From assembly GCF_009914755.1 (NCBI RefSeq), contig NC_060945.1: a stretch of 64,000 nucleotides of DNA, one strand, 5' to 3'. The position numbers and the translations under genes are program-made. The DNA is from the human T2T-CHM13v2.0 reference genome, Homo sapiens. Each line of letters starts with the position of its first letter. Positions within the stretch are counted from its first letter, which is position 1. The notes under the pieces were generated by a model. The model made no database searches, was not told the DNA's origin, and saw nothing but the letters and a program-made list of their open reading frames with translations. Positions 40,577-52,314 of the stretch are shown here, piece after piece.

Positions 40577-42319
40577 GACAGAAACACTCTGACAAACTTC
40601 TTTGTGATGTGTGCCTTCATCTCACGGAGTTGAACATTTCTGTTGATTGAGCAGTTTTAAAACACTATTTTTGTAGATTCTATAAGTGTACAATTGGAGC
40701 GCTTTGAGGACTATGGTGGAAAAGGAAATATCTTCACATAAAAATTAGACAGAAGCATTCTGACAAACTGCCTTGTGATGTGTGCATTCATCTCACAGAG
40801 TTGAACATTTCTTTTGATTGAACAGCTTTGAAACACTCTTTTTGTACAATCTGCAAGTGGACATTTGGAGCACTTTGAGACCCATGGTGGAGAAGGAAAT
40901 ATCTTCACATAAAAACGAGAAAAAAGAATTCTGAGAAACTCCTTTGTGTTGAGTGTGTTAATCTCACACAGTTGAGCCTTTCTTTTTATTGAGCAGTTTG
41001 GAAACACTCTTTTGGTAGAACCTGCAAGTGGACATTTGGAACAATTTCAGGCATATGGTGAAAAAGGAAATATATTCACATAAAAACTAGACAGAAGCGT
41101 TCTGACAAACTTCTATGTGATATGTGCATTCATCTCACCGTGGTGAAACTTTGTTTTGATTGAGCAGCTTTGAAACACTCTTTTTGTAGTATATGCAAGT
41201 GGACATTTGGAGCGCTTTGAGGCCTATAGTGGATAACCAAATATATTCATATAATAACTAGACAGAAGCATTTTGAGAAACTTCTTTGTGATGTGTGAAT
41301 TCATCTCACACTGATTTGAACCTTTCTTTTGATTGATCATCTTTGAAACACTCTTTTTGTAGAATCAGCAAGTGGATATTTGGAGCGCTTTGAGGCCTAT
41401 GGTGGAAAAGGAAATATCTACACATAAAAACCAGACAGAAGCATTCTGACAAACTTCTTTGTGATGTGTGCATTCATCTCACAGAATTGAACCTTACTTT
41501 TCATTGAGCAGTTTTGAAACACTCTTTCTGTAGAATCTGCTAGTGAGCAATTGGAGGACTTTGAGTCCTATTGAGGAAAAGGAAATGTCTTCATATAAAA
41601 ACTAGAAAGAAGCCTGCTGAGAAACTTCTTTGTGATGTGCGCATTCATCTCACAGGGTTAAACCTTGCTTTTCATTGAGAAGCTTTGAAACACTCTTTTT
41701 GTAGAATCTACAAGTGGACATTTGGAGCACTATGAGGCCTATGGTGGAAAAGGAAATATCTTCACATAAAAACTAGACAGACTATTCTCACAAACTTCTT
41801 TGTGTTGTGTGCATTCATCTCACAGAGTTGAACCTTACTTTTCATTGAGAAGTTTTGAAACACTCTTTTTGTAGTATCTGCAAGTGGACATTTGGAGCGC
41901 TTTGAGGCCTATGGTGGAAAAGTAAATATCTTCAGGTAAAAAGTAGACAGATGCATTCTGAGAAACTACTTTGTGATGTGTGCATTCATCTCACAGAGTT
42001 GAACCTTTCTTTTGATTGAACAACTTTGAAACACTCTTTTTGTAGAATCTGCAAGTGGACATTTGGAGAGCTTTGAGGCCTATGGTGGAAAAGGAAAAAT
42101 CTTCACATAAAAACTAGACAGAAGCATTCTGACAAACTTCTTTGTGATGTGTGCACTCATCTCACAGAGTTGAACCTTATTTTTCATTGAGCAGTTTTGA
42201 AATACTCTCTTTGTAGAATCTGCAAGTGGACATTTCGTGCGCTTTGAGGCCTATGGTGGAAAAGGAATTATCTTCACATAAAAACTAGACAGAAGCATTC
42301 TGACAACCTTCTTTGTGAT

Positions 42320-43740
42320 ATGTGCATTCATCTCACAGAGTTGAACCTTACTTTCGATTGAGCAGTTTTGAAACACTCTCTTTGTAGAATCTGCAAGTGG
42401 ACATTTGCTGCACTTTGAGGCCTATGGTGGATAACAAAATATCTTCATATAATAACTAGATGGAAGCATTATGAAAAACTCCTTTATGATGTGTGCTTGC
42501 ATCTTACAGAGTGGAACCTTTCTTTTGATTGAGCAGCTCTGAAACACTCTTTTTGTAGCATCTGCAATTGGACATTTGGAGTGCGTTGAGGCCTTTGGTG
42601 GAAAAGGAAATATCTGCACATAAAAACCAGAAAGAAGCTTTCTGACAAACTCCTTTGTGATGTGTGAATTCATCTCACAGAATTGAACCTTACTTTTGAT
42701 TGAGCAGTTTTGAAACACCCGTTTTGTAGTATCTACAAGTGGACATTTGGAGTGCTTTGAGGCCTATGGTGGAAAAGGAAATATTTTCACATAAGAATTA
42801 GGCAGAAGGATTCTGAGAAATTCCTTTTTGATGTGTGCATTCATCTCACAGAGTTGAACCTTACTTTCGATTAAGCAGTTTTGAAACACTCTTTTTTGTA
42901 GAATCTGCAAGTGGACATTTGCTGCACTTTGAGGCCTATGGTGGTTAATGAAATATCTTCATATAATAACTAGACAGAAGCATTATGCCAAACTTCTTTA
43001 TGATGTGTGCATTCGTCTCACAGAGTGGAACCTTTCTTTTGATTGAGAAGCTCAGACACACTCTTTTTGTAGCATCTGCAATTGGACATTTGGAGCGCTT
43101 TGAGGCCTTTGGTGGAAAAAGGAAATATCTTCACATAAAAACCAGAAAGAAGCTTTCTGACAAACTTCTTTGTGATGTGTGCCTTCAGCTCACAGAGTTG
43201 AACCTTTCTTTTGATTGAGCAATTTGGAAACCCTCTTTTTGTAGAATCTGCAAGTGGACATTTGGAGTGCTTTGAGGCCTATGGTGGAAAAGGAAATATC
43301 TTCACATAAGAACTAGGCAGAAAGATTCTGAGAAATTCCTTTGTGATGTGTGCATTCATCTCACAGAGTTGAACCTTACTTTCGATTGAGCAGTTTTGAA
43401 ACACTCTTTTTTGTAGAATCTGCAAGTGGACATTTGCTGCACTTTGAGGCCTATGGTGGTTAATGAAATATCTTCATATAACAACTAGACAGAAGCATTA
43501 TGACAAACTTCTTTGTGATGTGTGCATTCGTCTCACAGAGTGGAAACTTTCTTTTGATTGAGCAGCTCTGAAACACTCTTTTTGTATAATCTGCAATTGG
43601 ATATTTGGAGTGCTTTGAGGCCTTTGGTGGAAAAGGAAATATCATCACATAAAAACCAGACAGAAGCATTCTGACAAACTCCTTTGTGATGCGTGCATTC
43701 ATCTCATGGAATTGAACCTTACTTTTCATTGAGCAGTTTT
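42320..43740. repeat. Local ~3-mer (514-515 bp) tandem repeat, ~2.7 copies, diverged
   Basis: Rare variant gacatttGCTGcactttgagg at 42407, 42921, 43436; shared ccttactttcgatt, gagtggaa, ctgcaattgga, gcctttggtgg. Confidence 0.85.
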
Positions 43741-45654
43741 GAAGCACTCTTTTTGTAGAATCTACAAGTGGACATTTGGAGCACTTGAGAGCTATGGTTG
43801 AAAAGGAGATATCTTCACATAAAAACTAGACAGAAGCATTCTGACAAACTTCTTTGTAATGTGTGCATTCACATCACAGAGTTGAACCTTACCTTCAATT
43901 GAGCTGTTTCAAAACACTCTTTTTGTAGAATCTGCAAGTGGACATTTGAAGCACTTGAGGCCTATGTTGGAAAAGGAAATATCTCCACATAAAAATTAGA
44001 CAAAAGCATTCTGACAAACTTCTTTGTGATGTGTACATTCATGTCACAGAGTTGAACCTTACTTTTGATTGAGCAGTTTTGAAGCACCCTTTTGGTAATA
44101 TCCACAAGTGGACATTTGGAGTGCTTTGAGACCTTTGGTGCAAAAAGAAATATCTTCACATAAGAACTAAACAGAAGCATTCTGACAAATTTCTCTGCGA
44201 TGGGTGCATTCATCTCACAGATTTGAACTTTATTTTGATTAAGCAGCTTTGAAACACTGTTTTTGTAAAATCTGCAAGTGGACATTAGGAGCGCTTTGAG
44301 GCCTATGTTGGATAACGAAATATCTTGACGTAAAAACTAGATAGACGCATTCTGACATACATCTTTGTGATGTGTGCATTAATCTCTCAGAGTTGAAACT
44401 TAATTTTCATTCAGAAGTTTTGAAATACTCTTTTTGTACTATCTGCAAGTGGACATTTGGAGCGCTTTGAGGCCTATGGTGGAAAAGTAAATATCTTCAC
44501 ATAAAAACTAGACAGAAGCATTCTGACAAACTTCTTTGTGATGTGTGCATTTATCTCACAGAGTTGAACCTTACCTTTCATTCAGCAGTTCTGAAACACT
44601 CTTTTTGTTGAATCTGCATTTGGACATTTGGAGAACTTTGAGGCCAATGGTGGAAAAGGAAATATCTTCACATAAAAACTAGACAGAAGCATTGTGACAA
44701 CCTTCTTTGTGACATGCGCATTCATCTCACAGAGTTGAACCTTACTTTTGATTGAGCAGTTTTGAAACACCCTTTTTGTAATGTCTGCAACTGGACATTT
44801 GGAGTGCTTTGAGGCCTATGGTGGAAAAGGAAATATCTTCACATAAAAACCAGACAGAAGCATTCTCACAAACTTCTTTGTGATGTGTGCATTTATCTCG
44901 CAGAGCTGGACCATTCTTTTGATTGAGCAGCTTTGAAACACTCTTTTTGTAGAATCTGCAATTGGACATTTGGATCACTTTGAGGCCTATGGTGGAAAAG
45001 GAAATATCTTCAGATAAAAACTAGACAGAAGCATTTTGAAAAACTTCTTTGTGACGTTTGCATTCATCTCACTGACTTGAACCTTTCTTTTGATTGAGCA
45101 GTTTTGAAAAAGTATTTTATAGAATCTGCATGTGGACATTTGGAGCGCTTTGAGGCCTATGGTAGAAAAGAAAATATCTTCACATGAAAACTACACAGAA
45201 GAATTCTGACAAACTTCTTTGTGATGTGTGCATTCATCTCACAGAGTTGAACCTTTCTTTTGATTGAGCAGCTTTGAAACACCCTATTTGTAAAATCTGC
45301 AAGTGAACATTTGGTGCGCTTTGAGGTCTCTGGTGGAAAAGAAAATATCTTCACATACAAACTAGACAGAAGCATTCTGACAAACTACTTTGTGATTTGT
45401 GCATTCATCTCACAGAGTTGAACCTTTCTTTTGATTCAGCGGGTTTGAAACACCCTTTTTGTAGAATCTGCAAGTGAACATTTGGAGCACTTTGAGGCTG
45501 ATGGTGGAAAAGGAAATATCTTCACATAAAAACTAAACAGACGTATTCTGACAACCTTCTTTGTGATGTGTACATTCATCTCACAGAGTTGAAACTTACT
45601 TTTGATTGAGCAGTTTTGAAACATCCTTTTTGTGCTATCTGCAAGTGGACATTT

Positions 45655-46895
45655 GGAGTGCTTTGAGTCCTATGGTGGAAAAGGAAATATCTTCACATAA
45701 GAACTAGACAGAAGCATTCTGAGAAATTTCTTTGTGATGTGTGCAATCATCTCACACAGTTGAACCTTACTTTTGATTGTCCAGTTTTGAAAAACTCTTT
45801 TTGTAGAATCTGAAAGTGGACATTTGGAGAGCTTTGAGGCCTATGATGGATAACGAAATATCTTCATATAATAAATAGAGAGAAGCATTATGTTAAACTT
45901 TTTGTGATGTCTGCATACATCTCACAAAGAATTGAAACTTTCTTTTGATTGAGCAGCTTTGCAACATTCTTTTTGTGGAATCTGCAAGTGGACATTTGGA
46001 GTGCTTTGAGACCTATGGTGGATAACGAAATATGTTCACATAAAAATTGGACAGAAGCATTCTGAGAAACTTCTTTGTGATGTGTGCATTCATCTCACAG
46101 AGTTGAACCTCCCTTTTGATTGAGCACTTTGGAAGCACTCTTTCTGTAAAATCTGCAAGTGGACAATTGGAGTGCTTTGAGGCCTATGGTGGAAAAGGAA
46201 ATATCTTCACATAAGAACTAGACAGAAACATTCTGAGAAATTTCTTTGTGATGTGTGCAATCATCTCACAGAGTTGAACCTTACTTTTGATTGTCTAGTT
46301 TTGAAAAACTCTTTTTGTAGAATCTGAAAGTGGACATTTGGAGCGCTTTGAGTCCTATGATGGATAACGAAATATCTTCATATAATAAATAGAGAGAAGC
46401 ATTATGATAAACTTTTTGTGATGTCTGCATACATCTCACAAGGAGTTGAAACTTTCTTTTGATTGAGAAGCTTTGCAACATTCTTTTTGTAGAATCTGCA
46501 AGTGGACATTTGGAGTGCTTTGAGGCCTATGGTGGATAACGAAATATGTTCACATAAAAATTGGACAGAAGCATTCTGAGAAACTTCTTTGTGATGTGCG
46601 CATTCATCTCACAGAGTTGAACCTCCCTTTTGATTGAGCACTTTGGAAGCACTCTTTCTGTAAAATCTGCAAGTGGACAATTGGAGTGCTTTGAGGTCTA
46701 TGGTGGAAAACGAAATATCTTCACATAAAAATTGGACAGAAGCATTCTGAGAAACTTCTTTGTGACGTGTGCATTCATCTCACAGAGTTGAACCTCCCTT
46801 TTGATTGAGCACTTTCGAAGCACTCTTTCTGTAAAATCTGCAAGTGGACAATTGGAGTGCTTTGAGGCCTATGGTGGAAAAGGAAATATCTTCAC
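45655..46895. repeat. Local 3-mer (514 bp) x2 plus an extra copy of the last monomer
   Basis: gaactagaca 45701/46215; ataaatagagagaagcattatg 45871/46385; aacctcccttttgattgagcacttt ~46106/46620/46791. Confidence 0.88.
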
Positions 46896-46899
46896 TTAA

Positions 46900-48625
46900 A
46901 AACTAGACAGAAGCATTCTGACAAACTTCTCTGTGATGTGTGCATTCATCTCACAAAGAATTGAAACTTTCTTTGATTCAGGAGCTTTGAAACACTCTTT
47001 TTGTAGAATCTGCAAGTGTACATTTGGAGCGCTTTGAGGCCTATGGTGGAAAAGGGGACATCTTCACATATAGAACAGACAGAAGCATTCTGACAAACTT
47101 CTTTTCGATGTGTGCGTTCAACTCACAGATTTGAACCTTACTTTTCATTGAGCAGATATGAAACACTCCTTTTGTAGAATCTGCAAGTGGACAATTGGAC
47201 CGCTTTGTGGCCTATGGTGGAAAAGGATATATCGTCACATAAAAACTAGACAGAAATCTTCTGACAAACTTCTTTGTTATGTGTGCATTCATCTTTCAGA
47301 GTTGAACCTTTCTTTTGATTGAGCAACTTTGAAACACTGTTTTTGTAGAATCTGCAAGTAGTCATTTGGAGCGCTTTGGGGCCTATGGCAAAAAAGGAAA
47401 TATCTTCACATAAAAACTAGACAGAAGCATTCTGACAAACTTCTTTGCGATGTGTGTATTCATCTCACAGAGTTGAACCTTACTTTTCATTGAGCAATTT
47501 TGAAACACTCTTTTTGGAGAATCTGTAAGTGGACATTTTGAGGGCTTTGACGCACATGGTGGAAAAGGAAATACCTTCACATAAAAATTGGACAGAAGCA
47601 TTCTGACAAACTACTTTGTAATGTGTGCATTCATCTCTCAGAGCTGGACCTTTCTTTTGATTGAACAGCTTTGAAACACTCTTTTTGTAGAATCTGCAAG
47701 TGGACATTTGGAGCGCTTTGAGGCCTATGGTGGAAAAGGAAATATCTTCACAGAAAAACTAGACAGAAGCATTCTGACAAACTTCTTTGTTATGTGTGCA
47801 TTCATCTCACAAAGAATTGAAACTTTCTTTGATTCAGGAGCTTTGAAACACTCTTTTTGTAGAATCTGCAAGTGTACATTTGGAGCGCTTTGAGGCCTAT
47901 GGTGGAAAAGGGAACATCTTCACATATAGAACAGACAGAAGCATTCTGACAAACTTCTTTTCGATGTGTGCGTTCAACTCACAGATTTGAACCTTACTTT
48001 TCATTGAGCAGATATGAAACACTCTTTTTGTAGAATCTGCAAGTGGACAATTGGACCGCTTTGTGGCCTATGGTGGAAAAGGATATATCGTCACATAAAA
48101 ACTAGACAGAAATCTTCTGACAAACTTCTTTGTTATGTGTGCATTCATCTTTCAGAGTTGAACCTTTCTTTTGATTGAGCAACTTTGAAACACTGTTTTT
48201 GTAGAATCTGCAAGTAGTCATTTGGAGCGCTTTGGGGCCTATGGCAAAAAAGGAAATATCTTCACATAAAAACTAGACAGAAGCATTCTGACAAACTTCT
48301 TTGCGATGTGTGCATTCATCTCACAGAGTTGAACCTTACTTTTCATTGAGCAATTTTGAAACACTCTTTTTGGAGAATCTGTAAGTGGACATTTTGAGGG
48401 CTTTGACGCACATGGTGGAAAAGGAAATACCTTCACATAAAAACGAGACAGAAGCATTCTGACAAACTACTTTGTAAAGTGTGCATTCATCTCTCAGAGC
48501 TGGACCTTTCTTTTGATTGAACAGCTTTGAAACACTCTTTTTGTAGAATCTGCAAGTGGACATTTGGAGCGCTTTGAGGCCTATGGTGGAAAAGGAAATA
48601 TCTTCACAGAAAAACTAGACAGAAG
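46900..48625. repeat. Local 5-mer (856 bp) tandem duplication, near-identical
   Basis: aaagaattgaaactttctttgattcaggag at 46955/47811; ORFs 47383/48239 and 47480/48336 offset by 856 with few substitutions. Confidence 0.93.
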
Positions 48626-51600
48626 TATTTTGAAAAACTTCATTGTGACGTTTGCATTCATCTCACTGATGTGAACCTTTCTTTTGATTGAGCAGTTTTG
48701 AAAAACTCTTTTTGTAGGATCTGCATGTGGACATTTGGATCGCTTTGAGGCCTATGGAGGAAAAGAAAATATCTTCACCTAAAAACCATACAGAAGTATT
48801 CTGAGAAACTTCTTTGTGATGTGTGCATTCATCTCACAGAGTTGAACCTTACTTTTCATTGAGCAATTTTGAAACACTCTTTTTGGAGAATCTGCAAGTG
48901 GACATTTGGAGGGCTTTGACGCACGTGGTGGAAAAGGAAATATCTTCACATAAAAACTAGACAGAAGCATTCTGACAACCTTCATTGTGATATGTGCATC
49001 CATCTAAGAGAGTTGAACCTTACTTTTGATTCAGCAGTTTTGAAACTCTCTTTTTGTAGAATCTGCAAGTGGACATTTGGAGCACTTTTAGACCTATGGT
49101 GGAAAAGGAAATATCTTCACATAAAAACTAGACAGAACAATTCTGAGAAACTTCTTTGGGATGTGTGCATTCATCTCACAGAGTAAAACATTCTTTTGAT
49201 CCAGCAGTTTTGTAAGTATCTTTTTGTAGAATCTGCAAGTGGACATTTTGAGCCCTTTCAGGCCTATGGTGGAAACGGAAATATCTACAAATTGAAACTC
49301 GGCAGAAGAATTCTGAGAAACTCCTTTGTGATGCTTGCATTCATGTAACAGAGTTGAACCTTTCTTTATGATTGATCAGTTTGGAAACCCTCTTTTTTAG
49401 AATCTGCCAGCGGATATTTGGAGCGTTTTGCAGCCTATGGTGGAAAAGGAAATATCTTCACATGAAAACTAAATAGATGTATTCTGAGAAACTTCTATGT
49501 GATGTGTGCGTTCATCTCACAGAGTTGAACCTTTCTTTTGATTGAGCAGTTTGGAAACACTCTTTTTGTAGAATCTGCAAGTGGACGTATGGAATGCTTT
49601 GAAGCCTATGGTAGAACAGGAAATATCTTCACATAAAATCTGAACAGAGGAATTCTGAGAGACTCCTTTGTGATGTTTGTATTCATCTTACAGAATTAAA
49701 GCTTCCTTTTGAATGAGCAGATTTGAAACTGTCTTTTTGTAGAATCTGCAAGTGGACATTTTGAGCGCCTGGAGGCCTATGGTGGAAAAGAAAATGGCTT
49801 CACATGAAAACTAGACAGAAGAATTCTGAGAAACTTCTTTCTTATGTGTGCGTTAATCTCACACAGTTGAACCTTTCTTTTGATTGAGCAGTTTCAAACA
49901 CTCTTTTTGTAGAATCTGCAAGTGGACTTTTGGAGCACTTTGTGGCCTACGGTAGAAAAGGAAATATCATCACATAAAATCTAGACAGAAGCAATCTGAG
50001 ACTTCTTTGTGATGTGTGCATTCACCACACATTGTGTAACCTTTCCCTTGATTGAGCAGTTTTGAAACTCTTTTTGTAGAATCTACAAGTCTACATTTGG
50101 AGTGCTTTGAGACCTATGGTAGAAAAGGAAATATCTTCACATAAAAACTAGTCAAAAGAATTCTGAGAAACTTCTTGTTGATGTGTGTGTTCACCTCACA
50201 GAGTTGAACCGTTGTTTTGATTGAGCAGTTTGGAAACCCTCTTTTTGTAGAATCTGCATGTGGACATTTGGAGCGCTTTGAGGCCTATGGTGGAAAAGGA
50301 AGTATCTTCACATAAAAACTAGACAGAAGAATTCTGAGAAACTTCTTTGTGATGTCTGCATTTATCTCACAGACTTGAACCTTTCTTTTGATTGAGCAGT
50401 TTGGAAACACTCTTTTTGTAGAATCTGCAAGGGGACATTTGGAGCGGTTTACACCCTATGATAGAAAAGGAAATATCTTCACATAGAATATAGACAGAAG
50501 CAATCTGAGAAACTTATTTCTGATGTGTGAATTCATCTCACAGAGTTAAACATTTCTTTTGATTGAGCAGTTTGGAAACAATCTTTTTGAAGAATCTGCA
50601 AGTGAACATTTGGAGAGCTTTGTGGCATATGATAGTAAAGGAAATATCTTCAAATAAAATTTAGAGGAAGAAATCTGAGAAATTGCTTTTGATGTGTGCA
50701 TTCATGTCACAGAATTAAAGCTTTCTTTTGATTAAGCAGTTTTGAAACTCTCTTTTTGTAGAATCTGCAAGTGGACATTTGGAAATCTTTGAGGCCTGTG
50801 TTAGAAAAAGGAAATATCATCACATAAAAACTAGATAGAAGCAATCTGAGAAACTTTGGTGTGACATGTGAATTCATCTCCCAGAGTTGAAACATTCTTT
50901 TGATGGAACAGTGTTGATATACTCTTTTGGTAGAATCTGCAAGTGGACATTTCAAATTCATTGAGTCTTATGGTGGAAAAGGAAATATCTTTACATAAAA
51001 ACTAGACAGAAAAATCCTGGGAAACTTCTTTGTGATGTGTGCATTCATCTCACAGAGTTGAACCTTTCTTTTGAATGAGCAGTTTGGAAACTCTCTTTTT
51101 GCAGAATCTTCAAGTGGACATTTGGAGCGCTTTGAAGCCTATGGTAGAAAAGGAAATATCTTCACATAAAATCTACACAGAAGCAATCTGAGAAACTTCT
51201 TTGTGATGTGTGCATTCATCACACCGTGTTAAACCTTTCTCTTGACTGAGGAGTTTTGAAACTTACTTTTTGTAGTATCTGCAAGTGGTCATTTGGAGCG
51301 CTTTGAGGACTATGGTGGAAAAGGAAATATCTTCACATAAAAACCAGACAGAATAATTCTGAGAAACTTCTTTGTGATGAGTGAGTTCATCTCACAGAGT
51401 TGAACCTTTCTTTGATTGAGCAGTTTGGAAGCACTCTTTTTGTACAATCTGCAGGTGGATATTTGGAGCGCTATGCTGCCTATGGTAGAAAACGAAATAT
51501 CTTCACATAAAATCAGGACAGAAGCAATCTGAGAAACATCCGTTTGATGTGTGCGTTAATCTCACAGAGTTAAATCTTTCTTTTGATTGAGCAGTTTTGA

Positions 51601-52314
51601 AACTCTCTTTTTGTAGAATCTGCAAGTGGACATTTGGAGCGCTTTTAGAACTATGGTGGAAAAGGAAATATCTTCACAAAAATCTGGACAGAAGACTTCT
51701 GAGAAACTTCTTTGTGATGTGTGTATTCATCTCACGGAGTTGAACCTTTCTTTTGATTGAACAGTTTTGAAATGCTCTTTTTGTAGAATCTTCAAGTCAG
51801 CATTTGGAGTGCTTTGAGGACCATAGTGGAAAAGGAACTATCTTCACATAGAAACTAGACAGAAGAATGCTGACAGACATCTTTTTGACGTTCGTTAATC
51901 TCACAAGGTTGAGCCTTTCTTTTGATTGAACAATTTGGAAAATCTCTTTTTGTTGAATCTGCATGTGGACATTTGGAGCGCTTTGAGGCCTATGGTGGAA
52001 AAGGAAGTATCTTCACATAAAACTAGACAGAAGAATTCTGAGAAACTTCTTTGTGATGTGTGCGTTTATCTCACAGACTTGAACCTTTCTTTTGATTGAG
52101 CAGTTTGGAAACACTCTTTTTGTAGAATCTGCAAGGGGACGTTTGGAGCGGTTTGCGCCCTATGATAGAAAAGGAAATATCCTCACATAAAATATAGACA
52201 GAAGCAATCTGAGAAACTTGTTTCTCATGTTTGCATTCATCCACAGAGTTAAACGTTTCTTTTGATAGAGTAGTTTTGAAACACTCTTTTTGTAGAATCT
52301 GCAAGTGGACATTT

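Larger units (their letters stand above)
40577..52314 (+). repeat. Alpha satellite block in opposite orientation (layer D ~40577-49000, layer C ~49000-52314)
   Basis: Monomers read cattctgacaaacttctttgtgatgtgtgcattcatctcacagagttgaac, the reverse complement of the flanks; the satellite-derived ORFs flip strand here. Confidence 0.96.
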
